From assembly GCA_965223415.1 (NCBI GenBank), contig OZ245002.1, positions 2,144,001 through 2,208,000 on the forward strand: a stretch of DNA of 64,000 nt, in the 5' to 3' direction. This DNA comes from Myxococcota bacterium. Lineage in GTDB: Bacteria > Myxococcota_A > UBA9160 > UBA6930. The notes under the pieces were generated by a model. That model was given only the letters and a program-made list of their open reading frames with translations. It was not told the origin of the DNA and ran no database searches. Every line of letters starts with the position of its first letter. Positions within the stretch are counted from its first letter, which is position 1. This document shows, piece by piece, positions 44,096 through 52,967 of this stretch. The position numbers were made by a program, and so were the translations under genes.

Positions 44096-45694
44096 ATGGA
44101 CCTTCCGAAGCTCCCCGGCAGCTGGCCGCTGCTCGGCCACCTGCTCGAGCTGCGGCGAGACCCGATCGGGTTGATGGAGCGGGTGCGCGCCGAGTGCGGC
44201 GAGATCGGCGAGTTCAACCTCGCGGGTCACAAGATCGCGCTGCTCACCGGCGAGGAGGCCCAGGAGGCCTTCTTCCGCGCACCGGACGAGCAGCTCGACC
44301 AGGCGGCGGCCTATCCGTTCATGAAGCCGATCTTCGGCGAGGGGGTCGTTTTCGACGCCACGCCGGAGCAGCGCAAGCAGGCCATGCGCAACCAGTCGCT
44401 TCGCGACTCGTTCATGCGGGGCCACGCCGAGACGATCGCTGCCGAGGTCGAGCGCATGACGGAGGGCTGGGGCGAGCAAGGCGAGGTGGACGCGCTCTCC
44501 TTCTTTGCCGAGCTCACCCTCTACACGTCGTCGACCTGCCTGATCGGCCCCCAGTTCCGCGAGGAGCTCGACGCCTCCTACTCTCCGATCTTCATGGACC
44601 TGGAGCGGGGAACGGACGCCCTGGCCTACGTGAACCCCTACCTGCCCATCCCCGCGCTCCGGGCACGCGACCGTGCGCGCAAGGAGCTCGTCGCGAAGAT
44701 CGAGGCGATCTTCGTGCGCCGCGAGCAGGACGACGAGACCTACACGGACCTCTTCCAGGTGCTCCACGGCCTGCACGACGAGAACGGCATGCGCCGCTAC
44801 AGCGACGACCAGATCACCGGCATGTTCATCTCGATGATGTTCGCCGGGCACCACACCACGTCGGTGACATCGTCCCGGGGGATGCTGGAGCTGCTGATGC
44901 ATCCGGAGTGGATGCAGAAGGTCGTGGCGGAGCTCGACGAGATCTACGCCGACGGCCGCGACGTCTCCTACCAGGCTCTGCGGGAGATCCCGCTGCTCGA
45001 GTGCGCCCTCAAGGAGGCGCTGCGCCTGCACCCGCCGCTCATCATCCTGATGCGCAAGGTGATGCACGACTTCGAGTACAAGGGCTGGACGGTCCCGGCG
45101 GGCCACCTGGCCGCGGCATCTCCCGCGGTCTCGAACCGCATGCCCGAGCACTTCCCGGACCCGGAGCGCTACGAGCCCGAACGCTACCTGCCCGGCCGGG
45201 AAGAGGACAAGAAGAGCTTCGCCTGGCTCCCCTTCGGGGCCGGTCGCCACCGCTGCGTCGGGGCGGCCTTCGCGATGATGCAGCTGAAGGCGATCTTCTC
45301 GATCCTGCTGCGCCGCTTCGAGTTCGAGCTGGCCCAGCCGCCGGAGACCTACGCCAACGACCTCTCGAAGATGGTCGTCGCCGTGAAGCAGCCCTGTCGG
45401 GTGCGCTACCGGCGACGGCACGCTGCCACGTCCGTCGCGACGACGGCCCCGAAAGCGGCCGAGCCGCGCGCCGGCGAAGGAGCCTTCCGCGTCTGCGTGG
45501 ACCTCGACCTCTGTCAGGGCCACGCGGTGTGCATCAACGAGGCTCCCGAGGTCTTCGACATCGAGCGCAACGAAGACGGCGAGGACAAGGTCGTCCTGCG
45601 CATGCAGGAGCCTTCGCCGGAGCTTCGCGAGAAGGCCGATGCGGCCGTCCGCCACTGCCCGACCCGGGCCCTTTCCATCGAGGAGACGAACTGA
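44096..45694 (+). CDS. cyp51: Sterol 14-alpha-demethylase CYP51 fused to a C-terminal 3Fe-4S ferredoxin
   Basis: LDQAAAYPFMKPIFGEGVVFDA, MMFAGHHTTS, LKEALRLHPPLIILMR, PFGAGRHRCVG; Ala/Thr-rich linker; DLDLCQGHAVC..CPTRALSI. Confidence 0.93.
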   Translation: MDLPKLPGSWPLLGHLLELRRDPIGLMERVRAECGEIGEFNLAGHKIALLTGEEAQEAFFRAPDEQLDQAAAYPFMKPIFGEGVVFDATPEQRKQAMRNQSLRDSFMRGHAETIAAEVERMTEGWGEQGEVDALSFFAELTLYTSSTCLIGPQFREELDASYSPIFMDLERGTDALAYVNPYLPIPALRARDRARKELVAKIEAIFVRREQDDETYTDLFQVLHGLHDENGMRRYSDDQITGMFISMMFAGHHTTSVTSSRGMLELLMHPEWMQKVVAELDEIYADGRDVSYQALREIPLLECALKEALRLHPPLIILMRKVMHDFEYKGWTVPAGHLAAASPAVSNRMPEHFPDPERYEPERYLPGREEDKKSFAWLPFGAGRHRCVGAAFAMMQLKAIFSILLRRFEFELAQPPETYANDLSKMVVAVKQPCRVRYRRRHAATSVATTAPKAAEPRAGEGAFRVCVDLDLCQGHAVCINEAPEVFDIERNEDGEDKVVLRMQEPSPELREKADAAVRHCPTRALSIEETN

Positions 45695-46254
45695 TGCCTG
45701 CCTTCCCCCGAGACGAAATGGAAGAGATGGTGCGCCGCTGGGTGGCCGCCAACGACGAGGCCGGCCGCACTGGCGACTGGTCGAAGATGTCCGAGTTCTT
45801 CACCGACGACGCGGTCTACAGCTGGACCACCGGCCCGAACTGGGACTTCGTGGCCAAGGGCAAGCAGCAGATCCACGAGTGGGCCTTCGGCAGCGAGATG
45901 GCCGGCCTCGAGCACTGGACCTACCCCTACGTGCGCACGCTCATCGACGACCAGAAGGGCGAGTTCATCGGCATTTGGCGGCAGATCGCTCCGGTGAAGG
46001 ATCCGGAAGGGGTGAACTACGAGATCCGCGGCACCGGCGGCTCCTGGTTCCGCTACGCGGGCGACTTCAAGTGGGGCTGGCAGCGTGACTTCTTCGACCA
46101 CGCCTGCGCCGGCGCGGTATTCGGTGCCATGGCCAAGAACGGCCAGCTCACCGAGAAGATGCTCGAGCGCATGAAGAAGGGCTCGGACATGCCCGGCTGG
46201 ACCCACAAGAGCGAGTTCGACTGGTTCGCGACCATCGCCGACATCGAGGCGTAA
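45694..46254 (+). CDS. NTF2-family protein (Rv0762c-like)
   Basis: FPRDEMEEMVRRW..EMAGLEHWTYPY..GGSWFRYAGDFKWGWQRDFFD. Confidence 0.88.
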   Translation: MPAFPRDEMEEMVRRWVAANDEAGRTGDWSKMSEFFTDDAVYSWTTGPNWDFVAKGKQQIHEWAFGSEMAGLEHWTYPYVRTLIDDQKGEFIGIWRQIAPVKDPEGVNYEIRGTGGSWFRYAGDFKWGWQRDFFDHACAGAVFGAMAKNGQLTEKMLERMKKGSDMPGWTHKSEFDWFATIADIEA

Positions 46255-46258
46255 CCGG

Positions 46259-47506
46259 GTGCCGCCGCGCCGGCTCACCGACCTCTCGCGCCAGGAGCTC
46301 TGCCACCTCGGCCGGGAGTATCTGCTGATCGGGCACCTCCAGGACCGCGTCGGGCTTCCTCTCGCGACCCAGCTCGTGGGCGAGGAGGCCCAGGCCCAGC
46401 TCTCCATCGACGAGTGGATGGGCGCCAGCCCGATCTACTCGGTGCGGGTGCAGCGGGCGCTGGGCTTCGAGGGCAACGACGTCGGCACGGTCTTCAAGAA
46501 CCTGCAGCTCGACATCGGCGCGCCCCATCAGTTCATGGACTTCCAGTTCCGGCTCGACCGTCCCGAGTACGGCGAGTTCTGGTTGCCCCACTGCGGGGCG
46601 CTGATGGACGTTGAGCCCTTCGGCGAGAAGCGGGTGCAGCGGATGTGCCACGACATCGAGGACCCGACCTTCGATGCCACGGCCGCCGCGACCCATCCGC
46701 ACATGAAGATGCGCCCGATCCACCGGCCGCCCCGCGTGCCCGCCGGGCGCTACCCGCACTGCCGCTGGTCGGTCTTCATCGACGAGAGCGCGGAGGCCGT
46801 GCCCTACGAGCAGCACCCGAACCTGCCGCGCATGCAGGCCTCGAGGATCGCGAACGTCGCGATCGTCGTGCCGGGGGGCGACCTCGAGCCCGGCGGATGG
46901 GACGACTACAGCGGGCCCTTCGATCCGGGCTTCCAGCTCGAGGACCTGGGGCACCGGGCGCTGCTGACCGCCTGCCAGGAGACCGCGACCCAGATCCACC
47001 TGCTGGCGCGCTCGTTCCTGCTGAACGTGGACCAACGCCACGGCGAGGAGGCCGCGCGAGAGCTCGGCCGGCGGCAGTGGACCGGCGCCGCCGCGATCGG
47101 TGCGCTGCGGCTGAAGCGCGCGCTCGGGATCGGGGAGGACACGGCGGCGATCGCCCAGGTGTTCGAGCTGCATCCCCACTTCCACCCGCGCAGCTACGTG
47201 GACCTGCGGGTCGAGGTGACCGATGAGGCGACCCTCCGCCTCGAGATCGGCGACGGCCCGGCCCTTGAAGAGGCCGACGCGCACTCCTGGTTCGGCGGCC
47301 TCGGCGACGAGCCGCATCCCGCTCTCGCCGCGATTGCCGCTGCGGTGAACCCGAAGGCGCGCTGCCGCGCGGCCGGCGAGCTGGCCTGGGAGGTCGTGGT
47401 CGACCCGGACGCCGAGCCCCTGGGCGAGCCGCCCGAGCTCAAGATCGCGCGGATCAGCGCGGGCGTGGACTTCGCCCTGGAGCAGCGCCGGGTGCTGCGC
47501 GCCTAG
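46259..47506 (+). CDS. Hypothetical two-domain protein related to 36196-36921
   Basis: IDEWMGASPIYS, PHCGAL, MCHDIEDPTFDATA, PHCRW, DDYSGPFDPGFQLEDL. Confidence 0.75.
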   Translation: MPPRRLTDLSRQELCHLGREYLLIGHLQDRVGLPLATQLVGEEAQAQLSIDEWMGASPIYSVRVQRALGFEGNDVGTVFKNLQLDIGAPHQFMDFQFRLDRPEYGEFWLPHCGALMDVEPFGEKRVQRMCHDIEDPTFDATAAATHPHMKMRPIHRPPRVPAGRYPHCRWSVFIDESAEAVPYEQHPNLPRMQASRIANVAIVVPGGDLEPGGWDDYSGPFDPGFQLEDLGHRALLTACQETATQIHLLARSFLLNVDQRHGEEAARELGRRQWTGAAAIGALRLKRALGIGEDTAAIAQVFELHPHFHPRSYVDLRVEVTDEATLRLEIGDGPALEEADAHSWFGGLGDEPHPALAAIAAAVNPKARCRAAGELAWEVVVDPDAEPLGEPPELKIARISAGVDFALEQRRVLRA

Positions 47507-47508
47507 CC

Positions 47509-48384
47509 GTGGCAGGGCTCCTCGCCGGCAAGGCCGCGATCGTCGCCGGCGGGAGCCGTGGGATCGGCCGTGCGGTGTCCCTGGCGCTCGCGGCGGAGGG
47601 CGCCGCCGTCGTCGTGAACGGCCGGAGCCCGGAGCCGCCGGAGGAGGTAGCGGCTGCCATCCGCGACGCCGGCGGGCGCGCGCGGGCGCACCCCGGCTCC
47701 GTCGCGGACTTCGAGCTGGCCGGCGAGCTGGTCGCGGCCTGCGCGGCCGACTTCGGCGCCGTCGACGTGCTCGTGAACTGCGCGGGGATCCCCGAGCCCG
47801 ACGACACCTCGATCCTCGACCTCGCCCCGGAGGCCTGGCGCGACGTGATCGACGTGCACCTCACGGGCACCTTCCATACCTGCCGCCACGCCGCGCCGCC
47901 CATGGCCGCCCAGGGCGGAGGCGTGATCGTGAACACGAGCTCCCATGCCTACCTGGGCCGCTACGGCGGCAGCGCCTATGCCGCGGGCAAGGGCGGTACG
48001 AACAGCCTCACCTTTGCCATCGCGGCCGAGCTGCGGGACCGCGGTGTGCGCGCCAACGCCGTGTGCCCGGGCGCCCGCACGCGGCTCAACGAAGGCCCCG
48101 GTTACGAGCGGAAGATCGCCGATCTCCACGCGCGCGGGATCCTCGACGACATCACCCGTGACGCCTCACTCTCGCCGGCCGCTCCCGAGTACGTGGGCCC
48201 GATCTACGTCTTCCTCGCGAGCGTGCTCTCCGAAGGCATCACCGGCCGGGTCTTCTCCGCGGCCGGCGGCTACGTCGGTGTGCACACGGAGGGCAGCGAA
48301 GCGCTGCTGGCCTACCGCGACGCCTCCGCCGGCCCCTGGCCCGTCGCCGAGCTGGCGGGGAAGATCCGCGAAGGCCTGCCCTGA
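47509..48384 (+). CDS. SDR oxidoreductase
   Basis: AGGSRGIG, LVNCAG, YAAGK, NAVCPGARTRL. Confidence 0.92.
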   Translation: MAGLLAGKAAIVAGGSRGIGRAVSLALAAEGAAVVVNGRSPEPPEEVAAAIRDAGGRARAHPGSVADFELAGELVAACAADFGAVDVLVNCAGIPEPDDTSILDLAPEAWRDVIDVHLTGTFHTCRHAAPPMAAQGGGVIVNTSSHAYLGRYGGSAYAAGKGGTNSLTFAIAAELRDRGVRANAVCPGARTRLNEGPGYERKIADLHARGILDDITRDASLSPAAPEYVGPIYVFLASVLSEGITGRVFSAAGGYVGVHTEGSEALLAYRDASAGPWPVAELAGKIREGLP

Positions 48385-48386
48385 GC

Positions 48387-49238
48387 TCAGATCCCCGGAT
48401 CCCGCCCGCACCGCTCGGCCACTGCATAGCGTTCGACCCCGTGCGCGGCTTCCGCATCGACGTCGGAGATCACCGTCCATCCAGTCCCCTCGACGTATCG
48501 GGGCAGGTCCTCGCTTCGGACGGTGGACCTCCATGGCTCCCCGATGAGCCGAACCATCGTCGAGAGGATCCTGCGTTCACCCGGAATCGCGTGCGTGAAC
48601 ACGAGACGACTTCCGGGTGACGTGCAGGCGGCCGCTTCCTGCAGCAGCCCTCGTACCTCGTCGTCCGTCAGGTACTGGAGGAGGCCCTCCGCCAATGTCA
48701 CCGAGGGCCTGGACGCATCCCAGCGGCCGTCTTCCGAGAGCACCTTCGAAAGGGCCTGCTCGCCGAGATCCGCTGCGATCTGCACCATGTTCTCCGGTCG
48801 GCCGATCTCGGCCACTCCCTTCGCCTTGGCCGCAGACGTGGTGGGATGATCGACCTCGAAGAAGCGCACGTCGCCGTGCTTCGGCGCGAGCCTCAGGCAG
48901 AGCGTGTCGAAGCCGGCGCCCAACACCAGCACCTGTCGCGCGCCCTCGCCGATGGCGCGCTCCACCTGCTGCTGCATGAAGATCTTCCGGTGGCCGAAGC
49001 CCTCCCACTGCCCCGGCATCATGCGGTCCTGGATCTCGTAAACCCGCACCATCCACGGCTTCCTGGACGCGCGCATCAGGCGTGGGCCGTAGCCCGGCGA
49101 CCCCGAGGCCAGGAGCAGACGCTCGGTGAGCTCCACGAGGCCGGGAGGGAGCCGTTTCGCCCAGTCGTCCTTGACGCTCAGCGTGATCATGCCGAGCGCG
49201 ACCTTGAGAGCCGTCTGGCTGATCCGCCCCTGCTTCAC
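48387..49238 (-). CDS. SAM-dependent methyltransferase (LCM/Ppm1-like)
   Basis: QVLVLGAGFDT, FFEVDHP, AEGLLQYL; GTGA overlap with the Rieske gene stop. Confidence 0.88.
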   Translation of the reverse strand: MKQGRISQTALKVALGMITLSVKDDWAKRLPPGLVELTERLLLASGSPGYGPRLMRASRKPWMVRVYEIQDRMMPGQWEGFGHRKIFMQQQVERAIGEGARQVLVLGAGFDTLCLRLAPKHGDVRFFEVDHPTTSAAKAKGVAEIGRPENMVQIAADLGEQALSKVLSEDGRWDASRPSVTLAEGLLQYLTDDEVRGLLQEAAACTSPGSRLVFTHAIPGERRILSTMVRLIGEPWRSTVRSEDLPRYVEGTGWTVISDVDAEAAHGVERYAVAERCGRDPGI

Positions 49239-50317
49239 GACGTCATCCGATCCAGCCACCACTGATTGAACTGCCAGATCGGCTTCTCCAGCGGGCAGAG
49301 CGGGCCGCTCTCGAAGGAGCGCGCACCGAGGCCGGACCAGGTCGTCTCGCAGGCTTCGATGTCCTGGAGGTGGACCGTCCGTGTGAAGGCCTGCAGGCCC
49401 TCCACGCCTTCCCGCTCGGCGGGATCGTCGAGCACCTCACGCGGGAAACAGGTGAAGACGCGAAGGGTGAAGCGGTCGTACGTCTCGGGCAGGAGCTGGT
49501 ACCAGGCCATCGAGTGCTCGCTCGGCGCGAACAGGTGGAACGGGAACACCGTCGCTGCGACGAGCCCCCCGGCGGTTGTCTCCGCCGGGTCGTTGCCTTC
49601 GACGTCGGGCATGAACAGGACGGAGTAGAGGCCTTCGCTGTCCGGCGTGTGGGAGTGGGCGCCCGGGAGCATCGGCTCGAGGGTGTCGCGGTGGGTCCCG
49701 ATGTGGTGGTAGGCCTCCATGAAGTTGTCGGTGAGGACCTTCCAGTTGAACGGAGAATCGAAGGTGGCGGTCTCCACCGCGACGAGATCGGCCATCCGGT
49801 AGGGAGCGAGCAAGGCCGAGAGCGGTGCGAGGCGCGGACCCAGGGGCTCGGCGTTGTCGTCGAAGTTGACGAAGATCCAGCCCTCCCAGATCTCGCTTCG
49901 AATCTCGGGCAGTCGGCACCCGGTCCGGTCGAAATCGGCGCCGTCCATGTGGGGTGCGCCGATGAGCTGGCCGTCGAGCTGGAAGGTCCAGCGGTGATAG
50001 GGGCACTGGAAGGAGCGCGCGTTGCCCGCGCCCTGGACGAGCTCGGCCGCGCGGTGGCGGCACACTCGGGAGAGCACGCGCACCACGCCGTCCTTGCCGC
50101 GCACGACGACGAGCAGGTCGCCGAGCAGGTCGAGTGCCATGTAGTCGCCGGGCTCGGGAACCTGGTCCACGCGTCCAGCGCATAGCCACTCGCGAGAGAA
50201 GAGCTGCTCGGTCTCACGCTGGTAGAGCTCCGGCGAGGTGAAGGCTTCGGCGGGAAGGGTGGAGGCCTCGGACAGGGGGCGCCGCGCGCGGGCTACACCT
50301 TCAGCGTCCAGGCCCAC
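49235..50317 (-). CDS. Rieske non-heme iron oxygenase alpha subunit (choline-monooxygenase-like)
   Basis: CRHR..CPYHRW Rieske motif, NWKVLTDNFMEAYHHIGTH, QDIEACE. Confidence 0.93.
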   Translation of the reverse strand: MGLDAEGVARARRPLSEASTLPAEAFTSPELYQRETEQLFSREWLCAGRVDQVPEPGDYMALDLLGDLLVVVRGKDGVVRVLSRVCRHRAAELVQGAGNARSFQCPYHRWTFQLDGQLIGAPHMDGADFDRTGCRLPEIRSEIWEGWIFVNFDDNAEPLGPRLAPLSALLAPYRMADLVAVETATFDSPFNWKVLTDNFMEAYHHIGTHRDTLEPMLPGAHSHTPDSEGLYSVLFMPDVEGNDPAETTAGGLVAATVFPFHLFAPSEHSMAWYQLLPETYDRFTLRVFTCFPREVLDDPAEREGVEGLQAFTRTVHLQDIEACETTWSGLGARSFESGPLCPLEKPIWQFNQWWLDRMTS

Positions 50318-51181
50318 CTAGCGCCGCCCCTCGTCCTTCACGCGGTAGATGCGCGCCATGTCCTGGGAGACCAGGCCGGTCACCGGCAAGGCGAGATCGC
50401 ACTCGCGCGCCAGCTCGAGGGCGTGCGCCAGGTCCTTTTCCGCGGTGTGCATCTGCAGGCGGTTGAAGCTCTGGAACCCCTCGCTATCGACGGCCTCCGG
50501 CGGCGCCCGGTGGAGCACCAGGAAGCGCTCCTGCATGTCGGTGAGCTGGCCGTTCGAGCGGACGGAGGCGAGAAAGACCTCCGGGTCGAGCCCGGAAGCC
50601 ACCGCCAGCTTGTACGACTCGCTGGCCGCGGCCCACTGGATGTAGGTCATGGTGTTCACCGCCAGCTTCAGCTTGGCGCCGCTTCCAAGAGGGCCGGCGT
50701 GCACGATGGCCTTGGAGCTGGCGTCGAGGACGGGGCGCGCCTTCTCCATCGACGCGTCGTCGCCGCCCACCAGGAAGGTCAGCTCGCCGGCCGCCGCGCC
50801 GTGGGCGCCGCCGGTCACGCAGGCATCGATCAGCGTGCAGCCCCCCGCCTCCGCTGCAGCGGCCATCTCCTCGATCGTCGCCGGCAGCACCGTGCTGTGG
50901 ACGGCGATCACGGCGCCGGGGGCGAGCCCCTCGAGGGCGCCGTTCTCGCCCGCGAGCACTGTGCGGACGTGGTCGTCCGTCGGCACGCAGACGCAGAGCA
51001 CGTCGGCACGCGCGCCCACCTCCTTCGGAGTCGCCGCCTCCTTGGCGCCTCCCGCGACGAGCTCCTGCACCTTTGCCTCGTCGAGATCGCAGACCGTGGT
51101 CTCGAATCCAGCCGGGGCCAGATGCGAGGCCATCGGCTTGCCCATGTCGCCCAGTCCGATGTAGCCCACGCGTATCGCCAT
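50318..51181 (-). CDS. NAD(P)-dependent 3-hydroxyisobutyrate dehydrogenase family protein (Rv0770-like)
   Basis: GYIGLGDMGKPMA, HSTV, DACVTGG, KLKLAVN, KDLAHALELA. Confidence 0.92.
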   Translation of the reverse strand: MAIRVGYIGLGDMGKPMASHLAPAGFETTVCDLDEAKVQELVAGGAKEAATPKEVGARADVLCVCVPTDDHVRTVLAGENGALEGLAPGAVIAVHSTVLPATIEEMAAAAEAGGCTLIDACVTGGAHGAAAGELTFLVGGDDASMEKARPVLDASSKAIVHAGPLGSGAKLKLAVNTMTYIQWAAASESYKLAVASGLDPEVFLASVRSNGQLTDMQERFLVLHRAPPEAVDSEGFQSFNRLQMHTAEKDLAHALELARECDLALPVTGLVSQDMARIYRVKDEGRR

Positions 51182-51220
51182 GGGCCGACGATACCGCGTC
51201 TCTGGTAGGATCGGCCGGGG

Positions 51221-52149
51221 ATGAGCGCGGACGCGGCGGAGCTTCGGGCGTGGATCGAGGGAGCAGCGAGCCTGCTCTTCCTCGGCCTCTTCCTCTACCT
51301 GCTGATCGAGCTGCTGTTCGTGCACTTCCGGCGCCACACCCTGCGCCTGCGCGAGACGCGCATGGCCGCCCTCGGCGTGCTGAGCCAGGGCCTGGCGACC
51401 GGGGCGGTGCTGTGGCTCTGGGGACCGCTCTCGGTGTTCGTCGCGGCGAGCGCCGGCGCGGCGCTGAGCCCCTTCGAGGCGCGCCTCGGATGGCCCTGGT
51501 GGATCTTCGGCTTCGTCGTCTACGAGTTCTTCTACTGGCTCCAGCACTGGGCGGGGCACAAGGTGCGGCTGCTCTGGTGCATCCACTCGCCCCACCACGC
51601 GCCGGGCGGCATTCACATGCTGATCGGCGCCAATCACTCGCTCTTCGAGACGACTTCTACTTTCCGCTCTTCTTCGGGTTCCTGCCGGCGCTCTTCGGCG
51701 TGCACCCGATCGTCGCGGTGGCGGTGAACGTCGTCGACGGCATCTATGGGAGCTTCCTGCACATCAGTCCGGAGGTGGTGGCGAAGGGGCGCTACGGGGT
51801 GCTCGAGAAGTTCATGCAGACGCCCTCGTATCACCGCGTGCACCACGCGAAGAACGTCCGCTACATGGACACGAACTACAACTCGATTACGCTGCTCTGG
51901 GACTGGCTGATGGGCACGCTGCAGCCGCTGCGGGACGAGGAGCCGGTGGACTACGGAATCACCCGCCAGGTCGACACCGGCAGCTTCTGGGACGTGCACT
52001 TCGGCGAGTTCCGGCTCCTGTGGCGTGACGTTCGCAAGGCGCGGCGCTGGGGGGATCGTCTGGGCTACCTGGTGCGCCCGCCGGGCTGGGCGCCGGGGGA
52101 CGACAGCAGGACCGCGGCGGCCATGAAGGCGCGGCTTCTCTCCGTGTGA
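51221..52149 (+). pseudogene. Sterol desaturase/fatty-acid hydroxylase family gene split by a 1-bp frameshift near 51654
   Basis: His boxes QHWAGH..IHSPHH in the frame of 51221; LHI and TPSYHRVHH..NY..LWD in the frame of 51073. Confidence 0.8.
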
Positions 52150-52967
52150 GCGACACCCTCCCCGATCTCTCCGACCCCTTCGCCCTCGATTCGGAGACGG
52201 CCGCGGCCTATCGCCGGGACGGGCACGCGATCGTGCGCGGTCTCGCCACGCCGCAAGAGGTCGCCGCCTACCGGCCGGCGCTGCTCGAGGCCGGCGAGGC
52301 CTCGCGCTTCGATCGCCGCCCCCTGGAGGAGCGCGATACCTACGGCAAGGCCTTCATCCAGATGTTCAACCTCTGGCGACGAAACGAAGTGAGCCGCGCG
52401 TTCGTCTTCTCGCGCCGCTTCGCCCGCGTCGCAGCCGAGCTGCTGGGCGTGCCGGCGGTGCGCCTCTACCACGACCAGGCACTCTTCAAGGAGCCCGGCG
52501 GTGGAGCCACGCCGTGGCACCAGGACCAGTTCTATTGGCCCCTCGCGACGAACCGAACGATCACCTTGTGGATGCCGCTGGTGCCGGTCACCCCGGACAT
52601 GGGCCTGATGGAGTTCGCGTCCGGCTCCCAGCGCCAGGGCTCCCTCGGGGACTTCGCGATCGGCGACGAGTCCCAGCGGGCGTTCGAGCAGCGGGTCACG
52701 GAGGAGCAGCTGCCGCGGGTGCCGAGCCCGGCGCTGGCGCCGGGCGACGCGAGCTTCCACGCCGGCTGGACGCTCCACCGTGCGGCGCCCAACACGACCG
52801 ACACGCTTCGGGAGGCGATGACGATCATCTACTACCCGGACGGGACGCAGGTCGGGCCACTCGACCATCCGAATCGGCGCTTCGACCGCGACGCCTGGCT
52901 GCGGGGCTGCGAGCCAGGGGATCTCGCGGCCGGACCGTGGAACCCGGTGCTCTACGCGGAGACCTGA
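52146..52967 (+). CDS. Phytanoyl-CoA dioxygenase (PhyH) family protein
   Basis: YHDQALFKEPGG..TPWHQDQFYWP, SFHAGWTLH, R. Confidence 0.92.
   Translation: MSDTLPDLSDPFALDSETAAAYRRDGHAIVRGLATPQEVAAYRPALLEAGEASRFDRRPLEERDTYGKAFIQMFNLWRRNEVSRAFVFSRRFARVAAELLGVPAVRLYHDQALFKEPGGGATPWHQDQFYWPLATNRTITLWMPLVPVTPDMGLMEFASGSQRQGSLGDFAIGDESQRAFEQRVTEEQLPRVPSPALAPGDASFHAGWTLHRAAPNTTDTLREAMTIIYYPDGTQVGPLDHPNRRFDRDAWLRGCEPGDLAAGPWNPVLYAET

Noticed and set aside
44096..52149. Sterol biosynthesis cluster
   Set aside because: No squalene epoxidase, oxidosqualene cyclase or sterol reductase in the window; neighbours look catabolic (cannot exclude such genes elsewhere)
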